From NCBI GenBank assembly GCA_043228905.1, contig JBHGNT010000001.1, forward strand, positions 31,000,001 through 31,064,000: 64,000 bases of DNA. Reading direction: 5' to 3'. The position numbers and the translations under genes were made by a program. Below, one piece after another: positions 49,502 to 61,499 of the stretch (its first letter is position 1; the number at the start of each line of letters is the position of its first letter). The stretch comes from Azolla caroliniana (taxonomy: Eukaryota > Plantae > Polypodiophyta). A model generated the notes under the pieces. It had not been told where the DNA came from, did no database searches, and saw only the letters and a list, made by a program, of their open reading frames with translations.

Positions 49502-52500
49502 ATGGTCGGCATCGCCGGCCGAGAGAAAACAAAGACGGAGGGGAGACTTCGGGCGTGCGGAGTTCTCGGCCCTGACGAAGAAATCGACGGAGCCGTGGAG
49601 GCAGTCTCCTTCGACGACACCTTGGGAATGCTGGGGAAGGTAGTCGAAGAAGACCTTAACGAAGACCGGACGATACCGGTATGTTCCGAAGAAATGTACG
49701 AAGTCATCGCGGACTTCGGTCGAGGGCTCGAGTCGGAACGGACGGCCCGAGTTAGCACCAAGTACAAGACTGTGGACCGGAAGGTGAGGCCAGTTGCGGC
49801 GCCCTTACCGGAGGGCAGCGAGTCGCGAATCAAAGGGGTTGCATCGGACCCCAGCTTACGAGATCCGGCCTGCATAGGACACACCTTCACCAACGAGACG
49901 CTCCGGGAGCTCAAAATCGGTGGGGGCGGGCTCCTACTACCGGCGGAGGAAGACCGGTTTCGGAGAATGCTCGGAAGGCACGGGAAAGCCTTCGCATTCT
50001 CACCGGAGGAAATCGGGTGCGTAGACCCGACGATCGTAGAACCGATGGTGATATTCACAGTACCGCATGTACCGTGGAATCTCAAGCCAATTCCGGTTCC
50101 GAGAGCTCACATCCCGAAGTTGATGGAGCTGTTGAAGCAGAAAGTTGATATGGGCATTCTCGAGCCGTCGAGCGCCCCGTATTCAAACCGATGGTTTACC
50201 GTACCAAAGAAAAACGGATCATTGCGCTTCATTCAGGACCTGCAGCCGGTCAACAGAGTGACCATTCGGAACGCAGGGATCGGACCGACCATAGACAAGT
50301 TCGCGGAGGCCTTCGCCGGAAGGTCGATTTACTCGGTCGGTGATCTATACTCAGGGTACGACCAGTTCCAGCTAGCCGTGGAGAGCAGAGACATTACGAC
50401 GATGCGAACTCCCCTCGGCCTAGTGCGGATGTGTACGCTGCCGCAAGGAGGGACCAACTCGGTGGCCCACATGGTGAATGCAATGACCAAGGTGCTGAGG
50501 GACTGCATCCCGGACATCACCATGCCGTTTCTAGATGACATCCCGATCAAGGGATGCCCGGTAGAAGAGAAGGACGAGACGATCGGGCCGGGCGGATGCC
50601 GGCGGTTCGTGATGACGCACATCGACGACTGCGAGAAGGTGCTGCAAAGGCTAGAGGATGCAAGGCTCACCTTCTCAGGGGAGAAGTCAGCCTTCGGGCA
50701 GTCGGAAATCATGGTGGTCGGACATTTATGTGGACCATATGGCCGGAAACCGTCTCCGGCAAAGGTAGAAGCCATCTCCGCGATGAAGCCTGATTGCAGC
50801 TCGGTCACGGAAGTACGAAGATTCTTGGGAGCATGCGCCTTCTACCACATATGGATCCCGCATTACGCGCACGTCGCGGAGCCGCTGTACGGATTGTTGA
50901 AGAAAGGGTGAAGATTCGAATGGCTTAACAAGCACACGGAGTCGGTCCGGAAGCTAAAGGAGGCTCTTTCGGCAGCACCGGCGCTCCGAAAGGCCGTCTA
51001 CAGGAAGGGCACCCCAGTGTACATAACGGTTGACACGAGTCCGACCGGAATCGGGTGGGTCGTCAACCAAGAAGACGAGGACGGCAATCGGTTTCCGAAC
51101 CGATTCGGCGCGAAGGTCCTCAGTGAGCGGCAGCGAGGATACGCCCAGGTTAAACGCGAACTCTGGGGTATCGTTTCGGCGGTGAAGGCCGACAAGGACT
51201 ATCTGATCGGGACAGAGGTAATCATAGAGACGGATTGCATGCCGATTCTCGGCATGGTTTCCGGATGCGCGACGCCGGACCTGGCAATGCTCAGGTGGAT
51301 AGCGTACATCAAGTCCCTAGACCCGGAAATACGACACATTTCCGGGAAAGACAACGCCATGGCCGACATGCTTTCAAGGGCGAGATTCGATGACGAGGGC
51401 GGCATGGTTTCGGAGGACGAAGAGGTCGGCATGGACTTCTTCGAAACTGCGTATGTAACAACCGACGGAACAAGCACTCCGGCGCTTAACGACTTCGACG
51501 CGAGCAAGTACGACGGGGAGTGGCTGCAGATCGGTGGGTTTTTGAAGACAATGACGCCCGATGCGTCGTGGACGAAGGACGAGGCCAACCGGATCCGGAA
51601 GAAAGCGTACCGGTTCTTTCTCCGGGATGGATACTTGTGGAAGCACCCGAAGAAGAGGAACGGCGTCCCGCTCCGGGTGGTGGCAATGAAGGAAGATCAG
51701 GAGGAGCTGCTAGCAGCCTACCACGACAGCCCTTGGGCTGGACACCGTGGAACATGGGCTACGTTTGAGAAACTGAAGGGGAAGTATTGGTGGCCGGGGC
51801 AGTACCAGGACGTGCATCGGTTCGTGACAACTTGCGAGAGCTGTCAGATGCACTCCATAGTCCGACATCGAGACGGGCTTCACCCTACGTACCCTCCGGC
51901 CATCCATTTCAAATGGATGGTAGATCTGGTAACGATGCCAATGGGAGTAGGACAGATGCGGTACCTGGTCCTAGCGCGGGAGGATCTGACGAACCAGGTG
52001 GAAGGCCGGGCCCTTCCGAACAAAACGACCGCGGCCGTATGTCGGTTCCTAATCGAGGACGTGATATGCCGGTACGGGTGCATCGGGAAGATCGTGGCTG
52101 ACCGAGGGGAGTTGGACGCCGAAGAAGCCGCGGAGCTGTTCGACCGGCTGGGAGTCAAGCTCTCGCTCACCACTGCGTACAATCCGGAGGCGAATGGAAA
52201 GGTGGAGCGCGGACACGGACCGATCGTCAAGGCGTTGGTTCGGGCATGTGGAGGCCGAGTCGGTAACTGGCCGCGGCTGCTACCTTATGCTTTGTGGGCA
52301 GACCGGACTACGCACAGTTCGGTAACCGGGTACATGCCGACGGAGCTCATGTTCGGCCAGAAGCCGATCATGCCGATGGAACGGACGATCTCCTCGTGGG
52401 CAACGGTCGACTGGAGGGACGAGATGAGCCGGGAGGAGTTGTTGGCCGCGCGTATACGACAGCTCGAGCGGAGACCGGAGGACGTGGAACTGGCTGCGGA

Positions 52501-52858
52501 GAAGCTCCGGGTGGCGAGGACAAAGAACAAAGCCAGGTTCGACCGAACGCACCGGCTCCGACCGAAGAAAATCGAAGAAGGTGACTGGGTGCTCGTCTAC
52601 GACAGCAGCCTCGACAACCAGCACCGAGCTACACGGAAGTTCGCACGAAGGTGGTTCGGGCCTTACGTGGTACGGAGCGCCAATGACAACGGGACATATC
52701 ACCTGGCGGAACTCGACGGCACGAGAATGGCGATACCGGTTGCAGGGAAGCGGATCAAAGCGTTCAAGAAGCGACACGACGACGAGCCAGACCCGGCTCT
52801 CCTAGTCAGCAGTGACGAACGATCCGAAAACGAGGAAGAACCGACGGGCGAGGAATGA
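49502..52858 (+). pseudogene. pol: RT-RNase H-integrase ORF2 of element E with a single CGA>TGA stop at 50909
   Basis: ORFs 49502-50911 and 51017-52858 are in the same frame; FLDD, HHCC, DDE and GPY motifs; no chromodomain. Confidence 0.95.
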
Positions 52859-54238
52859 AGACGGGCCGGTTTTCTCCGTCCCAACTCTCTTGGCGCATAC
52901 CGGAGGATGCGCGGTTAGGCGGGGGCGGATGTCGTGAAGAAAACCGTCCATAAGCGGAATCGGCGCACCAAGGCGTGGGAACCGGTTCTTCACGCGCGCG
53001 CGCTCCAAGTTGTACATAGAAGCGAATTAGGAGGATAATCGGCGGGAACGGGCCCTAACACACGTGGAGACAAAGACTGCGCGAACAGTCTTGTCGGTCG
53101 CGCGCGCGAGCTAAGGAACTGTACGAATCGGCGGCGTAACTACGCGGATGCGCGAAGAACGGAGCGGATCCCTGTTCGAAAGGGACAGGGAATAAAGCTG
53201 ACATGACGGCCTGCTCGTCGGCCTATATAAGGAGCAGGAAAGAGCTGTTGCAGGGATCTGGGGGCTGAGAGGACGAAGTGCTGTCGGACCGTTTCTGGAC
53301 GCTCCTCCCTCTGTCTCCTTCCTTCTTGAGCTCCATAGCTTTCTGTGCAGGGTTCCGAGGAGGCTCGCGCTGTTTCGAGGAACGCCCGAGTGCTTCCGGC
53401 AGCACCTCCGACCTGCTACCCCCCCCCCCCCCCCCCCCTTTTGTGCGTCGAAGCGAACAGGCATCGGCATCTGTTCGCCGGCCTGTTCGGTTGTAACCAA
53501 CCTGTGCCCCATCGAGGGTTGTAGTCGTGTTAGCCATTTTGTTAATATACATATTTAGTCATTCGCATCTGTCTGTGTCGGTGTCTGTTCGCGTTCTCCG
53601 TGCTGAAGGGCCGTGTCCCTGTGTATCCCCGGTCCTGCGTAGCCGGTTCTCTCTCTTTCTCCTCCCTCGCTTGCTCTTTGGTTCGAGACCCCCACGGTCC
53701 CACCTCGATTCCACACGCACTTGCGTAATATCTCGACACCGGATCGTTGCGTGAGTCTGGTGGGACCCACTGAGGTTTTGGACTAGGAGAAAAGAAAATT
53801 CTAAGGCAATGAAGAATATGAAATATGTTGTAAGAAAGAAAGATATGAAAACTCGTGAATCCCATGAGTATAATGTATTAGTGAGTACTCAGATTAAGAG
53901 AGAAAAATAGTTAGCAAATTCATGAATCCCACGATTATATTATATTAATCCCCCTTGTAAAATAAGCAACAACCCCCCATACATCTTGCTCTCCTCCTTA
54001 TATAAGGATGGAAGAGGCTAATCATAGCTTCATGTTTTTTCTAAAGTGTTCATGCACACTAAATGTGCATGAGTTGCCTTTTTACACTATGCTTTTATTT
54101 CCTAAATATAGTGCTCATGCTCGCTAGATGTGCACGAGTCATTTTTTATTGGTGTACATTTTTCTTATAAATAAAGTATTCACGCATTCTAAAAAATAAA
54201 GGTCTTATATGTATTAAATCTATATTTAGAATACTTAG

Positions 54239-54312
54239 GATAAGTTAGTATAATGGTAAGGTTGGGGTTTGTCTACATGGAGGTACAAGGTATGAATCTT
54301 GCCCTATGCACG
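54239..54312 (+). other. tRNA-like A/B-box module in the G LTR, antisense to the LTR
   Basis: TAGTATAATGG at 54246, degenerate B box GGTATGAATCT at 54289; homologous to 19543-19617. Confidence 0.6.
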
Positions 54313-54414
54313 TAATAATAAAAAAATTAATATTTTATTTTATTTATTATACGTACTTTAAATCAAATATAGTATTTTACATATTTCACGTAGTGTGTGA
54401 TTCACACTACGACA

Positions 54415-55350
54415 ACGTGTAGGATCTTAGGCGAGACCGCAGGGGTCTTGGACTAGGGAGACAGATGGTGGAGTCCTTAAGCTTAGTGGGCCTCGGTCCC
54501 AAATTTGCTTACGGCTCCAACAAATGTAGGGTTTCACGAAAATGGTTCACCGCGATTATTGACCCGACTCCAATATGTTACAAGGAAAATAGATATACAT
54601 TAACATGAATATATATTACAAGAGTTTTACAACAAGACGGTTACATGGTCGAATCCGGTGGCTATTACAAACAATCGGCTAATACATCAAGAAAAGAATG
54701 GGGACCGGCGAAGGCGAGTGAAGCGGACCACCGGGACCGCAATGTCCACCGTTGGTCACGCCCTGAAGACGATGGAGTGTTCCCGTGCCACTTCGCCCTC
54801 CCTTCTCGAACCGGCCGCCATGCGAAATGCTCTCCATCGAGGAGAGGAAACCAAACCTCCAAGTGTCGCCACCAAAATGCCAAAAGCCATAGTTGTTGAA
54901 ACCCCGAACCAATCCAAACTCTCACACGAAGAAGAGAGAGTAACACCCGAAGACCCCAAACGCATAAACCCTAACTCTCACAAGAAGAAGAACCTAAACA
55001 GAATACTAACCTCCACTCGAAAGAGTGAACCAAACCCACGAGACAATGAAGAAGAAGACTCAAAATGAAAACCCTAAAACGAAATAGAGCGAAAGACCAA
55101 AGTAGAAACCCTAAGCGAACAAGAATAAGATGAAGAGGAAGAACACTACCAAACCCTAGACCTAAGTGGTATACCCTCCTAACTCCAAAATGGGCAACCC
55201 CTTCACACGAGGGAGGGACATTACAATGTGGGATAAATACTCCCCCTTATTCTATACACCATTTTCCTACTATACATGTGCACATGTTGCACACCACCAA
55301 ATTGCCCATTCCACCTCGGTTTCACACTATAGCCGGAAATCTTCACGACA
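54415..55350 (-). repeat. LTR L (TGTCGTGAAGAT type), U5 tip displaced by G
   Basis: Ends ATCTTCACGACA at 55350; GGGGTCTTGGACTAGGG U5 motif at about 54442; several telo-boxes. Confidence 0.8.
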
Positions 55351-55354
55351 ACGT

Positions 55355-56467
55355 TGTCGTGAAGATTCTGGGCTACGGTGAGAAACCGAGAGATATTGGA
55401 GGAATCGGCAAGGTGCATCATGTGCACCCACTCTTGTAAACCTTGTATAGGGGATAGGGGCGCCTTTATGGCGTCGAACGGCAATAAAGTCGGGACGGAG
55501 GATCCCATGTATCACGGGATTTATCCCACATAGTCACGCGACCCTCACCTTATTCTATAAAAGGGAGGGCACGCTTCTTATATAGGGTTCCCACCCGTTG
55601 GGTCCCAAACAATTTGTTCCTCGTTTTGAGGTTTCGTTTAGTGTTAATGAACTTCTGAGTATAACGTCTTTCTCTATTCTCTATTAGGGTTTCAGTGTCT
55701 TCTGTGTGCATGCATAGGTGGTGTGTTCGGTTGTGGCAGGCGGCGTGCAGACTGTTTGTGCTTTCCCTGAGTTCCTACTCATTGGTTCTCAGTACTCACC
55801 GGTTCGGTACGTCCGTGTGTGCGGGTGTTGGCTTCTATCGCTTGAAACGAGCCCACGCACTAGGTGGTTCGTTGGCAGGTTTCCCTCCTTGGCACGCAAG
55901 ACCCCACTAGGTTCAGCAAACCCGTGCGCTCCCTAAAGGCGGCTTGGCGACAGGAGGTGGTCGTTCAGGAAGAGGTGTGCCCTGCGCGAGGGTCCCGTGG
56001 CGCAAGCGAGCCTGGGAGCTCCCTGACCGGTCCTAGGATGTAGGCTCCCTCTTCCTCTCCGTTGTGAATTGGCATCGTAGCGAGCGTCGCGTGTGTATGT
56101 GTGTGTGTGTCTCCGGTTAGCGTAGGGTCCGAGGGCGGGTGTGTGTGTGGTTGCCGGTGTAGAGGTGTCGGTTGTAACCGGCTGTGTATATGTGTGTGTG
56201 CGTGTGCGCGGGTGCGGTTAACCGGGCCGTGTTCCGTGCCTCTTTTGGGCCCCTTGTACATACGGGCGAAAGGGGCGGCAAGGACGAGGGCACACTCTCT
56301 CACTTCCTGTGCGGTTACCGGTCACATCCGGAGAGTATCCGGGATCGAACCGGCCGGCAACGCGGCAAGCCTCAGAGGATTTGGGTTCCCGACAACTCCT
56401 ACCCTCCTAGTCTGTGACCCCGGTGGTCCTGTCCAGATCCAACATGCAAGCGCGAAACTTCGCGACA
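55355..56467 (+). mobile_element. Solo LTR M (1113 bp)
   Basis: TGTCGTGAAG...CTTCGCGACA; TSD ACGT (55351-55354 / 56468-56471); TATAAAAGGG at about 55556. Confidence 0.92.
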
Positions 56468-56471
56468 ACGT

Positions 56472-57806
56472 TCGAGTACGTAATGACATATGCATGGAGA
56501 GTTGTCTCGTGGCAATCAAGTTTGCAGAAGGTTGTGGTGTAGTCGACCACAGAAGTGGAGTATATGGCCGTTATTGAATCCGACAAGGAGATAATCAGGA
56601 TGAAGGATTTCATCAATGAGTTGGGAATTCAACAAGAGCAATTTTGACTCCACTGCGACAATCAAAGTGTCATCCACCTTGAAAAGAATGCAACCAGGGT
56701 AGAAGAAAAGTTTTTTACTCTAGTAAAGATCCACACAAACGACAATGGATCGGATATGTTGACAATGGTGTTCTTTGCAGAGATGCTGAGCGTATGACGA
56801 CAAAGAGTCGGACTGGTGAACTATCCCATCTCGAAGTGAAGGGGAGTTTGTTGGGAAAATTGTTCCCTATGGATGGGATGGAGAACCAACTGGATCAGCT
56901 TGAAGCCAATCGACTGAAGAGTTGGATGATAGCTGGCTTGTTTGATTCGAAATGCGGATATTGCACATGGAGTCAGATCGTTATGAGCCAATTTAGGACC
57001 GATTGGAGAGATAAGCCGAATCAGTCGATTCGACTGAGGCCAAAAAATCGATTGATCGATAACCAATTCGGCTAATAACCAAATTGACCGAATCCGACTA
57101 GGCTATATTTGTAAATAGTCATATATATATATATGAGTATAAATATAGTTAGGGCAAGTAGTTAACTGAGTGTGATTGTAGTTGAACAGTTGTTGTTGTT
57201 GATGTAGATAAATTTGTAGAGTGGAGTCAGATCGTTAGGAGCCGATTTAGGACCGACTGGAGAGATAAGCCGAATCAGTCGACTCGACTGAGGCCAAAAA
57301 ATCGATTGATTGATAACCAATTCGGCTAATAACCAAATCGACCGAATCTGACTAGGCTATATTTGTAAATAGTCATATATATATATGAGTATAAATATAG
57401 TTAGGGCAAGTAGTTAACTGAGTGTGATTGTAGTTGAACAGTTATTGTTGTTGATGTAGATAAATTTGTAGAGTGTATCACGTGTAGGAGAGATAGAGAG
57501 TGAGAGTTGTAACTCTATGATCGTCTATGGACGAAGAAGAGATCAAGGTTGTTGCCTTAGAGTCTCTTGTTGTACTCCTCCTACTATAGTGATTTGTTTT
57601 GGAGTCCGTGGACTCCCGTGGTTTTTCCCTCTCAAGATTTTCCACGTTAAAAGATTTTGTGTCTCTGTACTTTATTCTTGACAATGTTTGTTGTCTCTTG
57701 GTTCTTGTGTCTCTCATTTTGTACGTGATGACCAGTTGTGGCCGGCTACATATTGATAACAGGTCATGGCATGTATTTTTTGCATTAGATGTGTGAATGT
57801 CCGTCA
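56472..57806 (+). mobile_element. Ty1/copia remnant N: decayed RNase H, PPT and 3' LTR (56849-57806)
   Basis: VSWQS..Q.VV.STTEVEY, LHCDNQS, KIHTNDNGSDMLT; GAAGGGGAG then TGTTGGGA...CCGTCA. Confidence 0.88.
56968..57475. repeat. About 254-bp tandem duplication within the copia N LTR
   Basis: TGGAGTCAGATCGTTA...AATTTGTAGAGTG repeated at 56968 and 57222. Confidence 0.95.
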
Positions 57807-59223
57807 ATGTTTCGGTTATTCGAGTAGTAGCACAATCTGGAAAAAAATGGTTTCTGGATCCACCCTTTCAAGAATGCTTGTTATGTTGCTCATTATGGGT
57901 TTTTATTTTTTAAACTCTTCACAATTTGGATTGGGATCCGGCTGCTTATCAATGTAAAAAGCCAAGTGTTGGTGGAAATGGTAAACATTTGGAGTTTTTC
58001 CAATATTCAATAAAGCTAGGTAGAAATTTGTTGTTGCAATCGAAGTATAAATGCCATGTTTCCATAAAGCATTGGATTGTGAATAATGTGCATGCACCCT
58101 TTCAAGAATGCTTGTTGTGTTGCTCATTGTGGGTTTTTCAAAAAAAGCCTCAGATTCGCAATTTGGATGGGGATCCACCTGATTATCAATGGAAAACGCC
58201 AAGTGTTGGTGAAAATGGTAAACATTTAGAGTTTTTCCAATATTCAGTTAAGCTATGTAGAAATTTGTTGTTGCAATCAAAGTACAAATGTCCTACTACC
58301 ATGAAGCATTGGATTGCGAATAATGTGCATGCATTGCAAATTGCCAAATCTTGGAAATGGTTGTGGAGTATGCAGTTGCCAAAAAAAGTTATTTGTTTTC
58401 GTTGGTTGTTGATGCATTACGCTCTTCCTGTTGGTGATTGGTTGACTCGGCAAAATCAGCAATATGCTTGTGGAATGCATTGTGGTGCACCAATGCAATC
58501 TATTTTGCATGTGTTTTGGTTATGTCCTAGGATCAAGCAATTTTGGAGTAAGTTGTTTTTATTGTTGAGAAAACATTATTCTCGTTCTATTTTCTCTTGG
58601 GGTGCAGTATTATGGGATGTCCTTTATGGAGATCTTATGAGGTATGAAAGTATGCATGTTTCTCATGTCTTTCACTTTTCCCATGGAAACCTCTATCTCA
58701 CCTCATTTCCATCTTCTATTCGACGGTTCAGAATTGAGATTTTGGTTATTTGGCGTATTATTACGTCGTTGGCTCTTTGGATAATATGGACAATGAGATG
58801 TGATGTTGTTTTTAACAATGCTCACATATATCTCCATACCATGCTTATTGAATTCTGGATATTATTTGTCCACACAATACGTGGTCAATATGATGATCTA
58901 CAGGGTTTGACTGATATTCTATGGCAACGTCAAGTGGCCTTTTAGAAACGATGGCAAGGGCTTCACTTATTTTCGTATACAACATTTGGTCTGAAGTAGA
59001 ATTATACCATACCTTCTTCTCTGTTGCATAGCTCTTAGTTATTGCTCCACTTGTTTCATATATGACATCATTTGTTTGATCATTTGTTTATACTAACTAG
59101 CCTTTGTATCACAATAGAAGCAAGATGAAATGTCTCCTTCTGTTTTCTCCATGTACAGTTCTCAAGTAATATACTAAGATGCATCTTTCTTTTAATAAAT
59201 AAATAATAATAATAATAATAATA
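57807..59223 (+). mobile_element. L1-type LINE 3' remnant (zf-RVT region, (TAA)n tail)
   Basis: WKWLWSMQLPKKVICFRW, CGMHCG...HVFWLC, WIIWTMRC; about 237-bp internal duplication; TAA tail at about 59195-59223. Confidence 0.85.
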
Positions 59224-60189
59224 CGTCATCATTAACACTTGATTAACCAATAACCAACCTTGAGATGACCCCCATAGCCAACCTTGAGGCCCAACTAATA
59301 TCACCTAAGTAGGAAGAACCTAGTTTTGAGACTAAATGGGTTGGAGGATGGTTGCTTATGAGACCAATATGAAACTTGACATGCACTAGGGCCAAGGCAT
59401 TAACCAACTTGGTTCAGTTGCCTACCACAATGTTTTTCAAGCATAAAGAGACTCTAACTAAAATCCAAAATTTAAAACAATAATGCAATCAGCTAGCTAT
59501 TTGATTTACGAGCCATTTACTGAAACCATATGTACGATCTAGTCACTTACAAGTTGTTGTGAACGAACAATATTCGATTCATAAATATCTTGAATCCAAA
59601 ATGAGACCCAATCAACATATGCTCTCTCTCAATGAAACTTCATGTACAATTCTAAATTATGATTGATTGTATGACAATATTATTGGTACCCTCACAAAAT
59701 ATAGAAAATGGGTTTTGTATGCTATGGGTCCTACTAATGGAGTTTCCTAATATGGTAATAATCTTGATTAGGAATGTAGCTAGAAGATATTGCTAATTGG
59801 TTCTCATTCTATTAGGATTGTGTTAATACCCAATATGAATTACATTAATGATTTATTCCTCAATTAATGAACAAGAAATGTCATATGTAAACCGGAATAC
59901 ACTTATAAACAACATAGTTGTATTAATTGAGGAGCTTCAAGCCCATACACTTAATAGTAATGAGAGAAAGAGAGGGAGGGAGGGAGGGAGGGAGGGAGGG
60001 CTAAAGAATCGTTCAAGTTTATAGAATGAGAGGAATTCTTTAGAGGAGTTAATTGGTTAGTTTTTATCCTCTTTTACAACTTGAGTTAAGTGCTTGTAAG
60101 ACATTATCCCAAGTACTCCTTGATGATGTTGACAATGGTGGACTAATGTTGGCAATATCCCAAGGTACAACAATAGTGCAACGTGACAA

Positions 60190-60315
60190 CAAAAATTTAC
60201 TCTCCAACATATCCTGGCCAATCAACAAAAAATAGATATATGTACCAAAGCTTGGAAAAGTTTAGTAACTCTTCGCCTATGTCCACTTGATCTTTTGAGC
60301 TTAAGGGGGAGGAAA
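60190..60315 (+). pseudogene. Possible highly decayed copia RNase H end and PPT
   Basis: Q..DICTKA resembling QLADIFTKAL, followed by TTAAGGGGGAGG. Confidence 0.35.
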
Positions 60316-61499
60316 GGAAATCTAAGTTGATTGTTTGCTCGAGGACCAAGGGTATGGGTTAGGTGCTTTATCATTATTAATCATGAGATAGGCTTTCCAT
60401 AATTTTCCCTAATCTTATGATGAGTAGTGTGTGTTAGGTTCAAGAGGAACAAGGGTATGAATTGAATATTACAATTCACATTGTGTGAGATAACTATTGA
60501 GTGTGTTATCACGTGACCACTTCACATAAAGTAGTTAAATGTGAGCACCATGGTACAAGGTTTTTACCTATATAAGACGACTCTCTATCTTGTTATCGGG
60601 ACATGCTTAGCTTATGTTAAGATTATGCTAATGTAGTTATGGGGCTTGTTAGTTACGCATGTGACAACCTCGCAAAACCCAAACTATGACTCGCATCAAA
60701 CCTCGGTTTGGGTCTATTAAAATCAAGCTCAACCTAGTCTAGTGCATGAACACACCTTTTGAGAATCTATGAGCACTCAAAGGTCAAAAGTCACCACTAC
60801 TTTCTACACATTAACTATGTGTTATAGAATCAGATTCTATGACACATAACTAATGAGTTCGTTATTCCCCATAACTAATGAGTTTCCACGGTCCCCAAGG
60901 TTCTAGAGAGAGAGTGGGCATTTTAGTGAGAGAATATAGAGAGAGGGTGACCTTATATAAAGCACCCTCCTCCTACTTTGTAATGTGTCGTTTAATCTCC
61001 TGTGTAATATTCATATTGTTGTAGTTGTTCTCCACTTCCTAATACATTCATCTTCTTGAGCATTTTACAGGGTCAATCTCACATTGTCGCTAGGGGATGG
61101 TCTGATACCCCTCTTTCCTTTGTTTGGTCCATAATTCCTTATGTTTTGCTTAATTAATTAGTTAAAATCCAACAACATGATACAATTGAGCTTGAAGGGG
61201 CATGCGGATATAACAAGCTCACGCACCTTCCTTCAAGCACATACATGTTAAAGTCTATTGTTAACTTGATGAATGAGATATGCTTTTACATTGAATGACG
61301 TTGATACCTTAGGTACGAAAAACATAACAAATTTATGAACCCAAAAAAAGAAAGAGGGGTGTCAAACCAACCTAACCATCCCCAATGACGTGAGACGGAC
61401 TCAAACATCCTCAATATCTCATACCATCAAGGGTTGATGTAAGGCATACCTTGGATTCTACGAGGATCGCAGGTGCTTAGCTAACAAGAGCCATAGCCA

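Larger units (their letters stand above)
46406..53738 (+). mobile_element. Near-intact full-length Ty3/gypsy element E (7333 bp)
   Basis: LTRs 46406-47208 and 52930-53738 differ by about 5 substitutions plus poly-C length; TSD CCGG; PBS 47213-47230; PPT. Confidence 0.98.
43619..54414 (-). mobile_element. Ty3/gypsy element G (divergent Trp-PBS family); 5' LTR split by E (46385-46405 + 53743-54414); truncated in RT
   Basis: PBS 46363-46380, gag-pro, pol start; outer flank ACGT at 54415. Confidence 0.9.

Noticed and set aside
50909-50911. Programmed stop-codon readthrough in pol
   Set aside because: F has CGA at this codon, so it is a simple CpG transition
14540-54414. 40-kb composite transposon bounded by inverted G-family LTR tips
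   Set aside because: Flanks ACGC/ACGT only reflect the NCGN preference; the left host (D pol) and right host (LTR L) are unrelated
57926-58945. Cellular protein-coding gene
   Set aside because: zf-RVT motifs, flanking stops and the (TAA)n tail mark it as a LINE ORF2 end
61099-61110. iMet PBS-like TCTGATACC
   Set aside because: Only a 9-nt match with no adjacent LTR end or gag
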